Made by a program: the position numbers and the translations under genes. The notes beneath the pieces are model-generated. The model was not told the origin of the DNA and did not search any database. It saw only the letters and a program-made list of their open reading frames with translations. A stretch of DNA of 63,902 nucleotides, counting the filler, from an uncultured bacterium (GTDB lineage: Bacteria > DAOPZR01): the NCBI GenBank assembly GCA_964637655.1. It is 4 parts of 4 records of this genome, joined end to end, with 100 filler letters (N's around TTAATTAATTAA, not from the genome) between each part and the next. Parts side by side here need not be neighbours in the genome. Positions count along the whole stretch, not along the records: positions 1 to 16,253 come from CAZWUZ010000048.1; positions 16,354 to 32,551 come from CAZWUZ010000049.1; 2 more parts are not named here. One strand, written 5' to 3'. Positions within the stretch are counted from its first letter, which is position 1; each line of letters starts with the position of its first letter. Below are positions 10,826-20,978 of this stretch, one piece after another.

Positions 10826-10832
10826 ATCAGAC

Positions 10833-10897
10833 AGTATAGCCGCTCCGTACTGACTTGGCAAGTTCCTTTGACAATCATCTTTAGCGGATAGTATACT
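10833..10897. promoter_or_regulatory. Back-to-back sigma70-type promoters
   Basis: Minus: TTGCCA(10861-10856)-N17-TATACT(10838-10833), 7 nt before ATG 10825. Plus: TTGACA(10868)-N18-TATACT(10892). Confidence 0.65.
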
Positions 10898-10998
10898 CAT
10901 CGCCACGGCTACGGGTTCAACCTGCAGTCGCTCAACACGCCGTCCGGAGGATACCAACCAGTGATTTTTTTGTCCCGGCAGCAACTGCAGTTCCGTTC

Positions 10999-12717
10999 AT
11001 GCCCGCCGCATTTTCGTATACGTCCATTGCTCACCGCCACCGAGCAAGTACACCACTGATGAATTGGCACACTGCCTACCTGCTCAAGCGCGAAATCCCC
11101 CTGCTCTGCACACTGACATTGATTGCGTTAGTGCTCTATCGTTGCCGTGCGCCACGCTGGCTGACTGAAACCAAGCGGGCGCGTCTAGCCCGGCTTTTCA
11201 CCGCGTGCAGCACGGCAGGCATGCTAGTCGTCCTCGCCTCCCTGCTGCCGCTCTCTCCTGCGCGATTTTATACCAATAGCATGGTCTACGATGCCCCGTA
11301 CTGCTATCAGGGTAGCAAAGTCATGGCGACCGGTAGCGGCTATTTTTCCTCCGCCCTCGCCAGCAAGGGATTTGTGCGATCGACCGTTGATTTATCTCTG
11401 GTTGCTGACTACGGGAGTCTCTTACGCGAGCATCAGCCGTGGCTGCTCGCCCCCGTTTACCGCATCGTCTATGCGGTCTGCGGCTCGCACCAAGTGGTTT
11501 TCATCCTGGTACTTGTTGCTGCCGTCTTCGCCGCAGTGCCGGCCTATGTGCTACTGGTCAGTACGCGCTTTCCCGCGCAGGCGCGCCTGCTTACCGCCGC
11601 CTTCGTCCTCTCCCCTCTGCTACTTTATCAGGCGCTTGGCGATTATTCCTGGTATCCGTTCGGGCTCGCCACCGGGCTCCTTTTTGTTCACTGGTTTCTG
11701 CAGGAACGTTATGGACTTGCCGCCCTCGCCTCGCTAGCCGCCGTACTCGCTTTTGAGCAGTACATCCTTGTCTTCGGCCTCTTCTTCGCCCGCCTGTTTT
11801 TCCACCGGCAGGCACGTGCCTGGTCAGCAGGCATGCTCACGATCTATGCCGCGTACTACCTCTTTCTGAAGTTCGGTTTGCCGCGATGGTGGGGCGTCAC
11901 CTGGGCTCTCAGTGGTGGTTTTTCCCTGATGCATTTCACCACCGCATCGGTCTGGATAAGGTTTGCCCAAGTTTGGCTCTACTACGGCCTCTGTTTCCTG
12001 TTCCTCCCGTTCCGCAACCGCTTTGCACTCGCCAGCGTCACCGGAATCCTGCTGCTATACTTCGCTTCGGGTCGCGAACTGCGCTATGCTGAATTCCATT
12101 ACTGCTATCCCGCCATGGTACTCCCTTTTCTTGCCTATGGGCTCTGCCGTGAATTCCCGCGTCTGCGTCACCCGCTCCGTTTTGCCTTAACGCTTGTTGC
12201 GGTCAATCTCTGCTTACTATATGCCAAGGGACCTCTCCCACTCGCGCGCTCCTACCTGCTCCTGACCTCGCCCGGCAATATGCGCCAATACCTCCCGTCA
12301 AACCATGACCGCCTGCAAAACGCTGCCGCGCAGTATGCCTCCTCTCTTGCCTCAGCCGATTCCCTAGTTATCGCCCCGTTGCCCATGCTCTTCCCGTTAG
12401 CCGGCAGTTTCAACCAGGTCTATACGCTCTACACTATGAACGACAACGACTTCCATAGTGCCACTCTGATTATCTACGATGAGCATGATATCGGCCTGAC
12501 GCACTGCCCCCCCGGCGTGGCGGAAATTACCCGCGCGCGAATCGAACACTTGCTGCATGACCCGCGCTACCAGCTCTGCTGGTATGATGACGGGATTTAC
12601 CTATTCGCCCGGCAGCCTGTGAGTCATCCGCAACCGGCAGTCTTCGCACCACCGCCAGCGCCAGTCGACGAAACGGCGTTGGTCAGACGTTTACTGTCTG
12701 AGCGCGCATACCATTAG
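10999..12717 (+). CDS. Polytopic membrane protein, DUF2079/GT-C-like
   Basis: About 12 hydrophobic segments, HQPWLLAPVY and FHY motifs, soluble C-terminal domain; start may be 11059. Confidence 0.6.
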   Translation: MPAAFSYTSIAHRHRASTPLMNWHTAYLLKREIPLLCTLTLIALVLYRCRAPRWLTETKRARLARLFTACSTAGMLVVLASLLPLSPARFYTNSMVYDAPYCYQGSKVMATGSGYFSSALASKGFVRSTVDLSLVADYGSLLREHQPWLLAPVYRIVYAVCGSHQVVFILVLVAAVFAAVPAYVLLVSTRFPAQARLLTAAFVLSPLLLYQALGDYSWYPFGLATGLLFVHWFLQERYGLAALASLAAVLAFEQYILVFGLFFARLFFHRQARAWSAGMLTIYAAYYLFLKFGLPRWWGVTWALSGGFSLMHFTTASVWIRFAQVWLYYGLCFLFLPFRNRFALASVTGILLLYFASGRELRYAEFHYCYPAMVLPFLAYGLCREFPRLRHPLRFALTLVAVNLCLLYAKGPLPLARSYLLLTSPGNMRQYLPSNHDRLQNAAAQYASSLASADSLVIAPLPMLFPLAGSFNQVYTLYTMNDNDFHSATLIIYDEHDIGLTHCPPGVAEITRARIEHLLHDPRYQLCWYDDGIYLFARQPVSHPQPAVFAPPPAPVDETALVRRLLSERAYH

Positions 12718-12739
12718 CGTGCGGTCCGGATTTCCTGCC

Positions 12740-13846
12740 ATGCACCTAGGCGATCAGCACACAACATCATCCCCGGTCGAAAGCGTGACGCGCGACCGTC
12801 TTCCTTGGCTTGACGTGCTGCGCGGAGTTGCCATATTGCTGGTCATCATGCAACACGTTTCCCCATATCCGTGGTTGCTGCGCTGCGGTTGGATCGGGGT
12901 TGACCTTTTCTTTGTCCTCAGCGGTTTTCTCGTCGGTGGTCTCCTTTTCGCCGAGTACCGACGCTACAGTACCATCGATGTGCTGCGTTTCTACATCCGC
13001 CGTGGATTCAAAATTTACCCTGCGTTTTACCTTTTTTTGGTGTTATCGCTGTTAATGCAATATCAGATTGACCCGCCACGCGCCTGGTCATTTGTCGCTG
13101 CGGAAATCCTTTTCCTGCAAAACTATTTCCGACCGGTATGGACACACACCTGGTCGCTGGCCGTTGAAGAACACTTTTATCTCCTACTGCCGCTCCTCCT
13201 GCTGCTCATGCTGCGCCGGCGTTCCACCGGCAGTCCCTTTGCCACACTGCCGCACATCGTCATCAGTGTCGCAGGCATAACACTCGGATTGCGCGTCATC
13301 AACACCCTGGTCCGGTCAGCACACACGTTCGGCACCCATCATTTCCCCACCCACTTGCGGCTTGACGCCCTGCTGTGCGGCGTACTGCTTGCTTACTGGT
13401 ACCACTTTCACTGGGCAGCACTGCTTGCGTTTTGTACCCGCTGGCGAACGCCGCTGGTGGCGGCGGTTCCTCTGCTGATCATTCCGTGCACCCTCTATTG
13501 GCCTGACCACCGCTTTGTACATACCATAGGGTTCACCCTGCTCACCCTCGGTTTCAGTTCCCTGGTGCTCACCGTGCTGGGGCGCTCCCGTCCTGCTCCC
13601 CGCAACCCGCTCTGGCAACTGCTCTCGCATCTGGGGATTTATTCCTACTCGATCTACCTGTGGCACTACCCCGTGATCGGTTGGCTGCGGCTGTATTGCC
13701 CGTCCGTGCTAACCTCCGGCTGGCCGGGTGCCCTTTGGCTTGGTGCGTTGTCGGTTATCCCCGGGGTACTGATGGCGAAGCTGGTCGAGTACCCGCTGTT
13801 GCGCCTGCGCGATGTATGGTTTCCCACCCGCAGCCGACTGTTATAG
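12740..13846 (+). CDS. Acyltransferase family 3 (OafA-like O-acetyltransferase)
   Basis: LDVLRGVAILLV, GVDLFFVLSGFL, FYIRRGFKIYP, HTWSLAVEEHFY, SYSIYLWH. Confidence 0.93.
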   Translation: MHLGDQHTTSSPVESVTRDRLPWLDVLRGVAILLVIMQHVSPYPWLLRCGWIGVDLFFVLSGFLVGGLLFAEYRRYSTIDVLRFYIRRGFKIYPAFYLFLVLSLLMQYQIDPPRAWSFVAAEILFLQNYFRPVWTHTWSLAVEEHFYLLLPLLLLLMLRRRSTGSPFATLPHIVISVAGITLGLRVINTLVRSAHTFGTHHFPTHLRLDALLCGVLLAYWYHFHWAALLAFCTRWRTPLVAAVPLLIIPCTLYWPDHRFVHTIGFTLLTLGFSSLVLTVLGRSRPAPRNPLWQLLSHLGIYSYSIYLWHYPVIGWLRLYCPSVLTSGWPGALWLGALSVIPGVLMAKLVEYPLLRLRDVWFPTRSRLL

Positions 13847-13931
13847 CCGGCAGCAGCTAGAACGTTCCTGATGTTCCTCCCGGCGGTCCGGATAACTCGC
13901 GCGGAGGACTCTGGAGCATTCAGGCCACCGG

Positions 13932-13960
13932 TTGACAGGCATCAGCGTGCTGTATATACT
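13932..13960 (+). promoter_or_regulatory. Near-consensus sigma70 promoter of the molybdo-flavoenzyme operon
   Basis: TTGACA-N17-TATACT, then AAGGTGGTGA RBS before ATG 14014. Confidence 0.7.
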
Positions 13961-14013
13961 CAACGTATTGCATGGAAGCGTGGCTTCCTCACAGCGCCAA
14001 AGGTGGTGATCCC

Positions 14014-14823
14014 ATGAATTACGCATTTGGCTACGTAGCACCAAGGTCGCGGGCGGAACTCTTCCGCCTGCTGAGCAGCGCCGACGGCTGCGCCATACTA
14101 GCCGGCGGCACCGATCTCATCTGCGACATCCGCGGCGGCAATCGCACGCCGAAGGTGGTCGTGGATCTCAAGCAGGTCAGGGAGTTCAGCAAGCTCGCCT
14201 TCAGCAAAAAAGAGGGGCTCAGCATCGGGGCGGCCGTCACCTGCGCCGAACTCCTCGCCAGCCCGCTGATCAAGAAGCGTTTCCCTGCGCTCATCCTCAC
14301 CGCCATGCACCTCGGGTCCAATCAGGTGCGGCAGCGCGCCACCGCGGTCGGCAACGTCTGCAATGCCTCACCCTGCGCCGATGTCGGGCTCGCCCTCTTC
14401 GCGCTGCAGGCGGTCGCGCATATCGGCTCGCCGCGCGGCACGCGCGTTGTTCCCGTCACGCAACTGATCACCGGGGTCAAGCGCACCTGCCTTGCCGCCG
14501 ACGAGATTGTCGAACGCGTCGTCGTCCCCGCCGCCATGGCGGACGCGAAAGCGGGCTTCGAAAAACTCAAGCGCATCAAGGGGCATGACCTTTCTCTCGT
14601 GTCGGCTTGCATGGTAAAGAAGGGGAGAAAAATGTTCATCGCCATCGGCTCGGCGGCCCCCACCCCGGTGGTGCTCCCGGCACTTGCGTCGAATACGCCG
14701 CCGAAAAAGGCCGCTGATCTCGCCTGCAAAGCCGTCAAGCCCATCGACGACATCCGCTGTTCGCGCGAGTACCGCCTGACCATGCTGCATGACTACGTCG
14801 AAAAACTGGCGCGGGAGGTGTAA
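14014..14823 (+). CDS. Xanthine dehydrogenase family FAD-binding subunit
   Basis: ILAGGTDL, IGAAVT, ATAVGNVCNASPCAD, PIDDIRCSREYR. Confidence 0.9.
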   Translation: MNYAFGYVAPRSRAELFRLLSSADGCAILAGGTDLICDIRGGNRTPKVVVDLKQVREFSKLAFSKKEGLSIGAAVTCAELLASPLIKKRFPALILTAMHLGSNQVRQRATAVGNVCNASPCADVGLALFALQAVAHIGSPRGTRVVPVTQLITGVKRTCLAADEIVERVVVPAAMADAKAGFEKLKRIKGHDLSLVSACMVKKGRKMFIAIGSAAPTPVVLPALASNTPPKKAADLACKAVKPIDDIRCSREYRLTMLHDYVEKLAREV

Positions 14824-14825
14824 TC

Positions 14826-15320
14826 ATGGCCACGACCATTACCTTCACCATCAACGGCCGCAAAACGACGCGCAGCGTCGAGGATAACCGCACCCTGCTC
14901 CACTTCCTGCGTGACGACCTCGGGCTCACCGGCACCAAGGAAGGGTGCGGCATGGGCGAGTGCGGCGCCTGCACGGTGCTCTTCAACGGCAACCCGGTCA
15001 ACTCCTGCCTCGTCCTCGCCGTCGAAGCGGATGGCGCAAAAATCGAGACCATCGAAGGCGAAGCGAAGAACGGCAAACTGTCGAAACTGCAGCAGTCGTT
15101 CCACGAGCATCACGCGGTGCAGTGCGGCTTCTGCACCCCGGGGATGATCATGTCGGTGCGCGCGCTGCTCAAGCAGCATCCGCGCCCCACCGACGAGCAG
15201 ATCCGCGAGGCGCTCGACGGCAATTTCTGCCGCTGCACCGGCTACACCCAGATCATCGAGGCGGTGCGCGCCGTCAGCGGCCGCGCCAAGGACAACCGGG
15301 AGGATATCCGCTATGCTTGA
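14826..15320 (+). CDS. Xanthine dehydrogenase family 2x[2Fe-2S] subunit
   Basis: GTKEGCGMGECGACTV, NSCL, QCGFCTPG, GNFCRCTGY. Confidence 0.93.
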   Translation: MATTITFTINGRKTTRSVEDNRTLLHFLRDDLGLTGTKEGCGMGECGACTVLFNGNPVNSCLVLAVEADGAKIETIEGEAKNGKLSKLQQSFHEHHAVQCGFCTPGMIMSVRALLKQHPRPTDEQIREALDGNFCRCTGYTQIIEAVRAVSGRAKDNREDIRYA

Positions 15321-16253
15321 GAACATCCCGAAGAAAGACCTGCGACTCATCGACAAGGGGGTCGACCGCGTCGACACCGTGGAAAAGGTGACGGGAAGCG
15401 CGCTCTATACCGCTGACCTGCGCCTGCCGGGGATGCTCATCGGGCGCGTCAAGCGCAGCCCCTACGCCCGCGCGAAGATCAGAAAGATCGACACGCGCAA
15501 GGCGGCCGCGCTGCCGGGCGTGCATGCCATCCTCACCGGCGCCGACCTTACCGCCCGCGTCGGCCTTTATCTCGTCGACAAGTTTGTCCTCGCGCGCGGC
15601 GTCGTCCGCCACTTCGGCGAGGCCGTGGCCGCCGTTGCCGCGGAAGATGCCGTGACGGCGCAGAAAGCCGTCGACCTCATCGAGGTGCAGTATGAACCGC
15701 TCGAGCCGGTGCTCGACCCGGTCAAGGCGCTCGACAAGAAGGCGCCGCTCGTGCATCCCGACCTCAAATCGTACGAGCATGTTTCCGCCGCCTTCACCCC
15801 GATCCCCGGCACCAACATCGCCAACCACACGAAACTGCGCAAGGGTGACGTGGCGAAGGGGTTCAAGGAGGCGGATTACGTCCTCGAGCGCACCTACACC
15901 AACCCGAACGTGCAGCACGTGCCGATGGAGACACATATCGCTATCGGGCAATGGGGGGCGCGCGACAAGGTGACCATCTGGACCTCGGCCCAGTCGCCGT
16001 TCACCGTGCGCAACCTCTTCTGCTACTCCTTCAAGCTCCCGCATCAGAACGTGCGCGTCATCGTGCCGTACGTCGGCGGCGGATTCGGCGGCAAGGCCGG
16101 CATCGGTCTCGAGCCGCTCGCCTGCTCCCTGTCGAAAGTCGCGGGCGGGCGCCCGGTCAAGCTGCAGGCATCGCGCGAGGAGGAATTTTCCCTGCTCGCC
16201 TGCCGCAGCGGCCTGACCTACCGCATCAAGACCGGCATCAAAAAGAGCGGCAA
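15313..16253 (+). CDS. Xanthine dehydrogenase family molybdopterin-binding subunit, truncated by contig end
   Basis: KVTGSALYTAD, RSPYARAKI, HVPMETH, VGGGFGGK. Confidence 0.9.
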
Positions 16254-16353
16254 NNNNNNNNNNNNNNNNNNNNNNNNNNNNNNNNNNNNNNNNNNNNTTA
16301 ATTAATTAANNNNNNNNNNNNNNNNNNNNNNNNNNNNNNNNNNNNNNNNNNNN
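16254..16353. other. Artificial contig linker
   Basis: N44-TTAATTAATTAA-N44, which places stops in all six frames. Confidence 0.97.
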
Positions 16354-19300
16354 GATGGCCGCGGGGGTCAGTGTGGCGATGAAGGTGTCGCCGCTGCCGA
16401 GCTCGTCGACCGTGTCGGCGTCCGCCCAGAGGCGGAGGGTGGCGAGCGAGCGGGTGTCGATGCTGTACGGGGCGGCGGTCTGCACGATGACCGAAGTCAG
16501 CGTGTCCGCCACGCCTGCCGAGTTGGTGACATTGAAAGAGAGAAGCGGAAGTGTGTCACTTCCGTAGAAAGCGCCGTAATAGCAGGGCGTGTTGACGACG
16601 GCGTCGAGCACGGTCGATGGCGATTTGACGGCCTGGACGTACGGGTTGCTGTCCGCCGGCGTGCAGGGACCCGTGTCGGTACGCGCGAACGCAGTGCCGT
16701 AGGGGAAGGGGCGTAGTTGGATGGTGTCGCCCACTGTGGCGCTGCTGTCGATGCTGCTTACTACAAGGTATTGGGCGCTGTTATCCGGGACCCACGACGT
16801 CATCCCTGCTGCCTGCCACATATTGTGTGCCGCTGACCAGGACATGGCGGCGATGATGGTGTCGGTGCCGAGGGTATAGACGCTGTCGCTGTTGGCGTCG
16901 CGCACGAAGCGGACATTGAACAAGTCGGTGTCAGACGCGCTGCCAAGGTTCTGGGCGGTGAAGGCAAGCAGCGTGTCGCCTGACGGATAAGGGGTGAAGC
17001 GGACGATCAGCAGCACCTTGTCGGTGTCTCCCTGGCTCAGTTGCGCGGCGGGTATCGCGCCGGTGACGCGCACGTCCGCCCAGAAGATGCCTGTGCCCGG
17101 GGAGTAGGAGGAAGCGTCGCGCGTGTCCGCCGTTTCGTGTTGCGTCCAGATTCCGGCGCCGGAACTCTCCGGGACGCGCGTCAGCGACTGGTTGACGCCG
17201 CCCTCCGCGCCCCACTGCTTGAAATCGACGGTGTCAAGCGCGGTGGTGTAAAGGGTGAGCGAATCGTTGGTGTTGTTGAGCGTGAAACTGCCGTTGTTGC
17301 CGGCGAAGACCGGGTAGGGGACGAGGAACCCCGCAGTGTCGGTCGCGTAGGGGAACATTACCGCCCAACCGCCGGGGCGCAGGACGGTATTCGCGGGGAA
17401 GGTGCACATGGCGCCACCGCCGTCACGCAAAGACCAGCCGGAAATATCGACACTGCTCCCCCCGTAGTTGTACAGTTCGACGAACTCGTCCCCGTTGGCA
17501 TGCGATACGCCGTCGCCGTTGACGTCCCACCCGGTGGGTACGTCGGCGAGTATCTCGTTGATGACCACCGTATAGCTGCTGGCGATGGTTACGGTGCGGC
17601 CGCTGGTGACGCTGGCGATCGGGCCGGTGTCGCGCCCCGAGGTCTTGACCCCGTTGACCGGGATGAAGGCCTGGAAGGTGCTGCCCGGCGTGGCGCTGCC
17701 GGCGATATCAATGGTGACGAGGAAGGTGGCGCTGGACACCCCCATCTGGTAGGCGATGGTGGTGGTGTCCCACCAGCCGCTGGTGCTGTTCCAGTAGAGC
17801 TGGCCGACGTACGTGTCACCGCTGTCCCACGCGCTGTCGCCGTCATCCGCCCACAACTGCACCCGGGTGACGCTGCTGCTGTCAAGGGTGCCTGTGTAAT
17901 CGACGCTGAACCGGGTGACGGTGTCGCCGGCTGCGGCGCCGCTCACGCGCACGTACTGCGCAAGGATGTGGGTATCTCCGGCGGCGGCGGTGGTGTCGGT
18001 GAGCGTTCCCTGGTTATAGACGATGACATTGGCGGCCAGCTGGTATGGGCCGGCGGTGGCGAGGATCGACTCGTTGCCATGCGTGTCAACCGCACAGACG
18101 GCAAAATAGTAGTTGGTACCGGCTTGTAGCGGGGAACCGAGACCGATTGTGCGCACCGTGGCGGCAGTGCTGGCCTTGCCCTTGACCTGCAGTTCCGGGA
18201 ACATCCACTGGTCCTCATCGGAACTGCCATCAGCATCGTCATCGGCGGCCGCACCCGGACCGGCGGTGCCGGAGGGAAAACCGTCGGCGTCGCCAACGGG
18301 ATCCTCGTCCACGAGCCCGTCGCCGTCATCATCGATATCGTCACCGACACGGGCGGCGGTCAGCGCCTGCGTGTCGACCCATATAAAGTAGCGCGACACG
18401 TCGGTGGCGGCGCTGGCTGTCCACGATAGGTCGAAACTGGCGGCGGCAGGGGTGACGGTCAAACTTCCCGGGGCACCGGGATCGGTGGTCTCAAAACTGT
18501 CGGCGGCGCCTACGGTGTCGCTGCTGAGGCGGCCCATGACCCGGCGGTATTCCTGCAGGAAGCGGCGCGCCAGCCGGAAGTCGTGCACGACAATGACATT
18601 TTCATCGTTGCCGGTGGTGCTGGACAGCGCGGTGGAAGTGAGATTGGCGGAACCGGTGATGACGATGTCCTGGTCGACGACGAAAAACTTGTGGTGCATC
18701 TCGTCGCTGTAAAAACTGTCGGCATCGCGGCAGGTATGGTCGGCCTGCAAGTCGTTCTTGGTCACGGTACCGGTGCTGTAATCGTGATCGAGGCAACCCT
18801 CGACGAAGCGTGAGGAGTTGTAGAGGTATTGCACCGGGTTGGGCTGAAAATTGCTGCGGTCCATGTTGGTCTGATTGGTCAGGTAGAAGACAGACTCGGT
18901 CGCCTCGCTGATCACGCGGGTGACTACGCCCTCAACGTCGCCGCCGCTGCCGGTTAGCGCCTTGCCCGGCCCCGACCCGGTGGGAATATTGCCATGGTCA
19001 TCGGGACTGAAATAAATCTCGATGGTGTCACCGTTCGGCGAATAGAAGACGTAATTGGCGCCCGAAGCGGTATTATCGTGATAAGTGCCGGCGCGGAATT
19101 CCTCCATTTGCGAGGTGTAGCGGGCGATGACACCGGTGCAGGGGGCAAGGAGCACCAGCATGTTGTTGGGTTGCGACGAGTAGGCGCCGGCAGTCAGGTT
19201 GGCAGACCCGGTGACCACGCGCCGCCCCGGAATAACGATGAGCTTGTTGTGCTGTAAACTGGCGGTAGACGGATTCTCGGGTACCAGTACGTTCTGTGCA

Positions 19301-19665
19301 TCGGCCGAGAGCTGGGGCGGTCCGGCCGCGCCTTCAGTGATCACGTAATTGTTCGGTATGCCGCTCTTGGCGGTGGCTATCGCGTTGAGGCCGATGTTGT
19401 TGCTGCCGCCCAGCCCGCTGATCGGGTCATTATTGCCTGTGCCCCAGGTAAACGAGGCAATATAGACGGTGTCGCTGGTGGCAGCATCATTGATGGCAAA
19501 GGCCAGCCACCGTTCATACGACGGTTGCGTGCCGTCAAAAACGTCATCCCCTTTAGGGAATTGTGCCCACCACCAGGGGGCGGCGGCGGCCGGGGAGACG
19601 GGGAGCATGCCGGATACGGCTGCAACCGCACATAAGAGGACAAAATACGAACGGAAAAGACCCAT
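16354..19665 (-). CDS. Large secreted protein with two phospholipase D/nuclease half-domains, FN3-like region, lamin-tail domain and Ig-like repeats; C-terminus truncated
   Basis: Signal peptide; HNKLIVI..TGSAN and HHKFFVVD..TGSAN; LSWTAS..YYFAVCAVD; VVINEILAD..DEFVELYN..DISGWSL. Confidence 0.8.
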
Positions 19666-19817
19666 GTCACCCCGGTTCCTGCTGGTTTCGTAATTAGTGA
19701 ATCACTATAGCAATAGAAAAATACGTGCCAGAACAGGCTGGAAATTGTATCTGTATATCTGCTTGTATTACGTTACATTNNNNNNNNNNGCCCATGGCAT
19801 CGTATGGGGATCAAAAA

Positions 19818-19846
19818 TTGGCAGGGGAAAATATTCGTGCTATAAT
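19818..19846 (+). promoter_or_regulatory. Leaderless-type sigma70 promoter of the GT4 operon
   Basis: TTGGCA-N17-TATAAT with extended TG, 7 nt before ATG 19854, no SD. Confidence 0.7.
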
Positions 19847-19853
19847 CCGACCC

Positions 19854-20978
19854 ATGTCAGGGCAAAGGGATACGTTGCTGCTGCTGCTCAACAGCACCCT
19901 GTGGGGTGGCGGGGAAAACTATGCCCTGCGGATGGTGCAATTTGCACAACGTGTGGGGTGGCACGTGCGCGTTGTTGTTCCGGATGGCCCGCTGCCGGAG
20001 CGCTTTGCCGCAGCCGGTTGCGCGTTGGAAACTGTGAACTGGGGATGGCAGTACGCCAAGACGCGCGGACTTGGGGCATTGACCGAATTCCGCACCGGGC
20101 AGATGCGGCGCGATACCTCCCGCCTGCTGGCGGGCAATGAAGCGCGCACGGTGGTCTTCATGCAGTACGTGCGCGAACGCCTCGCACTGACGGAATTCCT
20201 GCGCACGCGTGACGTGCCGGTGCTCTGGACGGAGCATGGCGTACTGCCGCGCTGGCTGACCGGCAATCCCGTCATCCCGTCACGTTATGCTGCTGCCGCG
20301 CATCATGCTTCGCGCATCATCGCCATTTCCCGCGCGACGCAGGCGAGCATGGTGCGACTTGGTGTGCCCACCGGCCGTATTGACGTCATCTATAACGGTG
20401 TGACTGTGCCGGAGACGCTGCCGGCGCAGCGCGCGGACTATCCCGGCATGGAACCCGACACAGGACGCGTGCGCATTGGCATGGTCTCGTCGCTGTCGCG
20501 GGAGAAGGGGGTGCCCGACCTGCTGGCCGCGGCCGCGCGGCCGGAACTGGCGGCCGCTGCGGTCTACCTCGCCGGGCGCGGCATGGGCATCGGCACAGGG
20601 TGGCGGCAGGGGAACGCGCGCGGGCTCGGGTTTATCTGCGCAGTTGACCATCTCTACGACACGCTCGACATCGCGGTCAGCCCTTCGCGCGGGCGCGGCG
20701 AAGGCATCCCGCTGCGCGTGCAGGAGGCGATGGCGCACGGGCTCCCCGTGGTTGCCACCGACGTCGGCGGTATCCGCGAGATCATGACTGACGGCGAGGA
20801 CGGCCTTATCGTGCCGCCGCGTAATCCCGCGGCGCTGGCTCGCGCGCTGGCGCGGCTGGTTACCGATGAGGCGCTGCGCCGCCGACTCGGCGCTGCCGCC
20901 CGTACGCGCGCCCGGCGCGATTTCACACTCGCGCGCATGGAGCGGGAGACCATGGCGATACTGGAGTCGCTGCGGTGA
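19854..20978 (+). CDS. Glycosyltransferase family 4
   Basis: WGGGE, VIYNGV, EKG, EGIPLRVQEAMAHGLPVVATDVGG. Confidence 0.92.
   Translation: MSGQRDTLLLLLNSTLWGGGENYALRMVQFAQRVGWHVRVVVPDGPLPERFAAAGCALETVNWGWQYAKTRGLGALTEFRTGQMRRDTSRLLAGNEARTVVFMQYVRERLALTEFLRTRDVPVLWTEHGVLPRWLTGNPVIPSRYAAAAHHASRIIAISRATQASMVRLGVPTGRIDVIYNGVTVPETLPAQRADYPGMEPDTGRVRIGMVSSLSREKGVPDLLAAAARPELAAAAVYLAGRGMGIGTGWRQGNARGLGFICAVDHLYDTLDIAVSPSRGRGEGIPLRVQEAMAHGLPVVATDVGGIREIMTDGEDGLIVPPRNPAALARALARLVTDEALRRRLGAAARTRARRDFTLARMERETMAILESLR

Noticed and set aside
14014-16253. Calling the operon aerobic CO dehydrogenase (coxMSL) or true xanthine dehydrogenase
   Set aside because: The diagnostic active-site loop lies beyond the contig end, so the substrate cannot be assigned.
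16254-16353. TTAATTAATTAA palindrome recurring three times within N runs
   Set aside because: Artificial contig-joining linker; gene adjacency across 16254, 32552 and 48682 is not biological.
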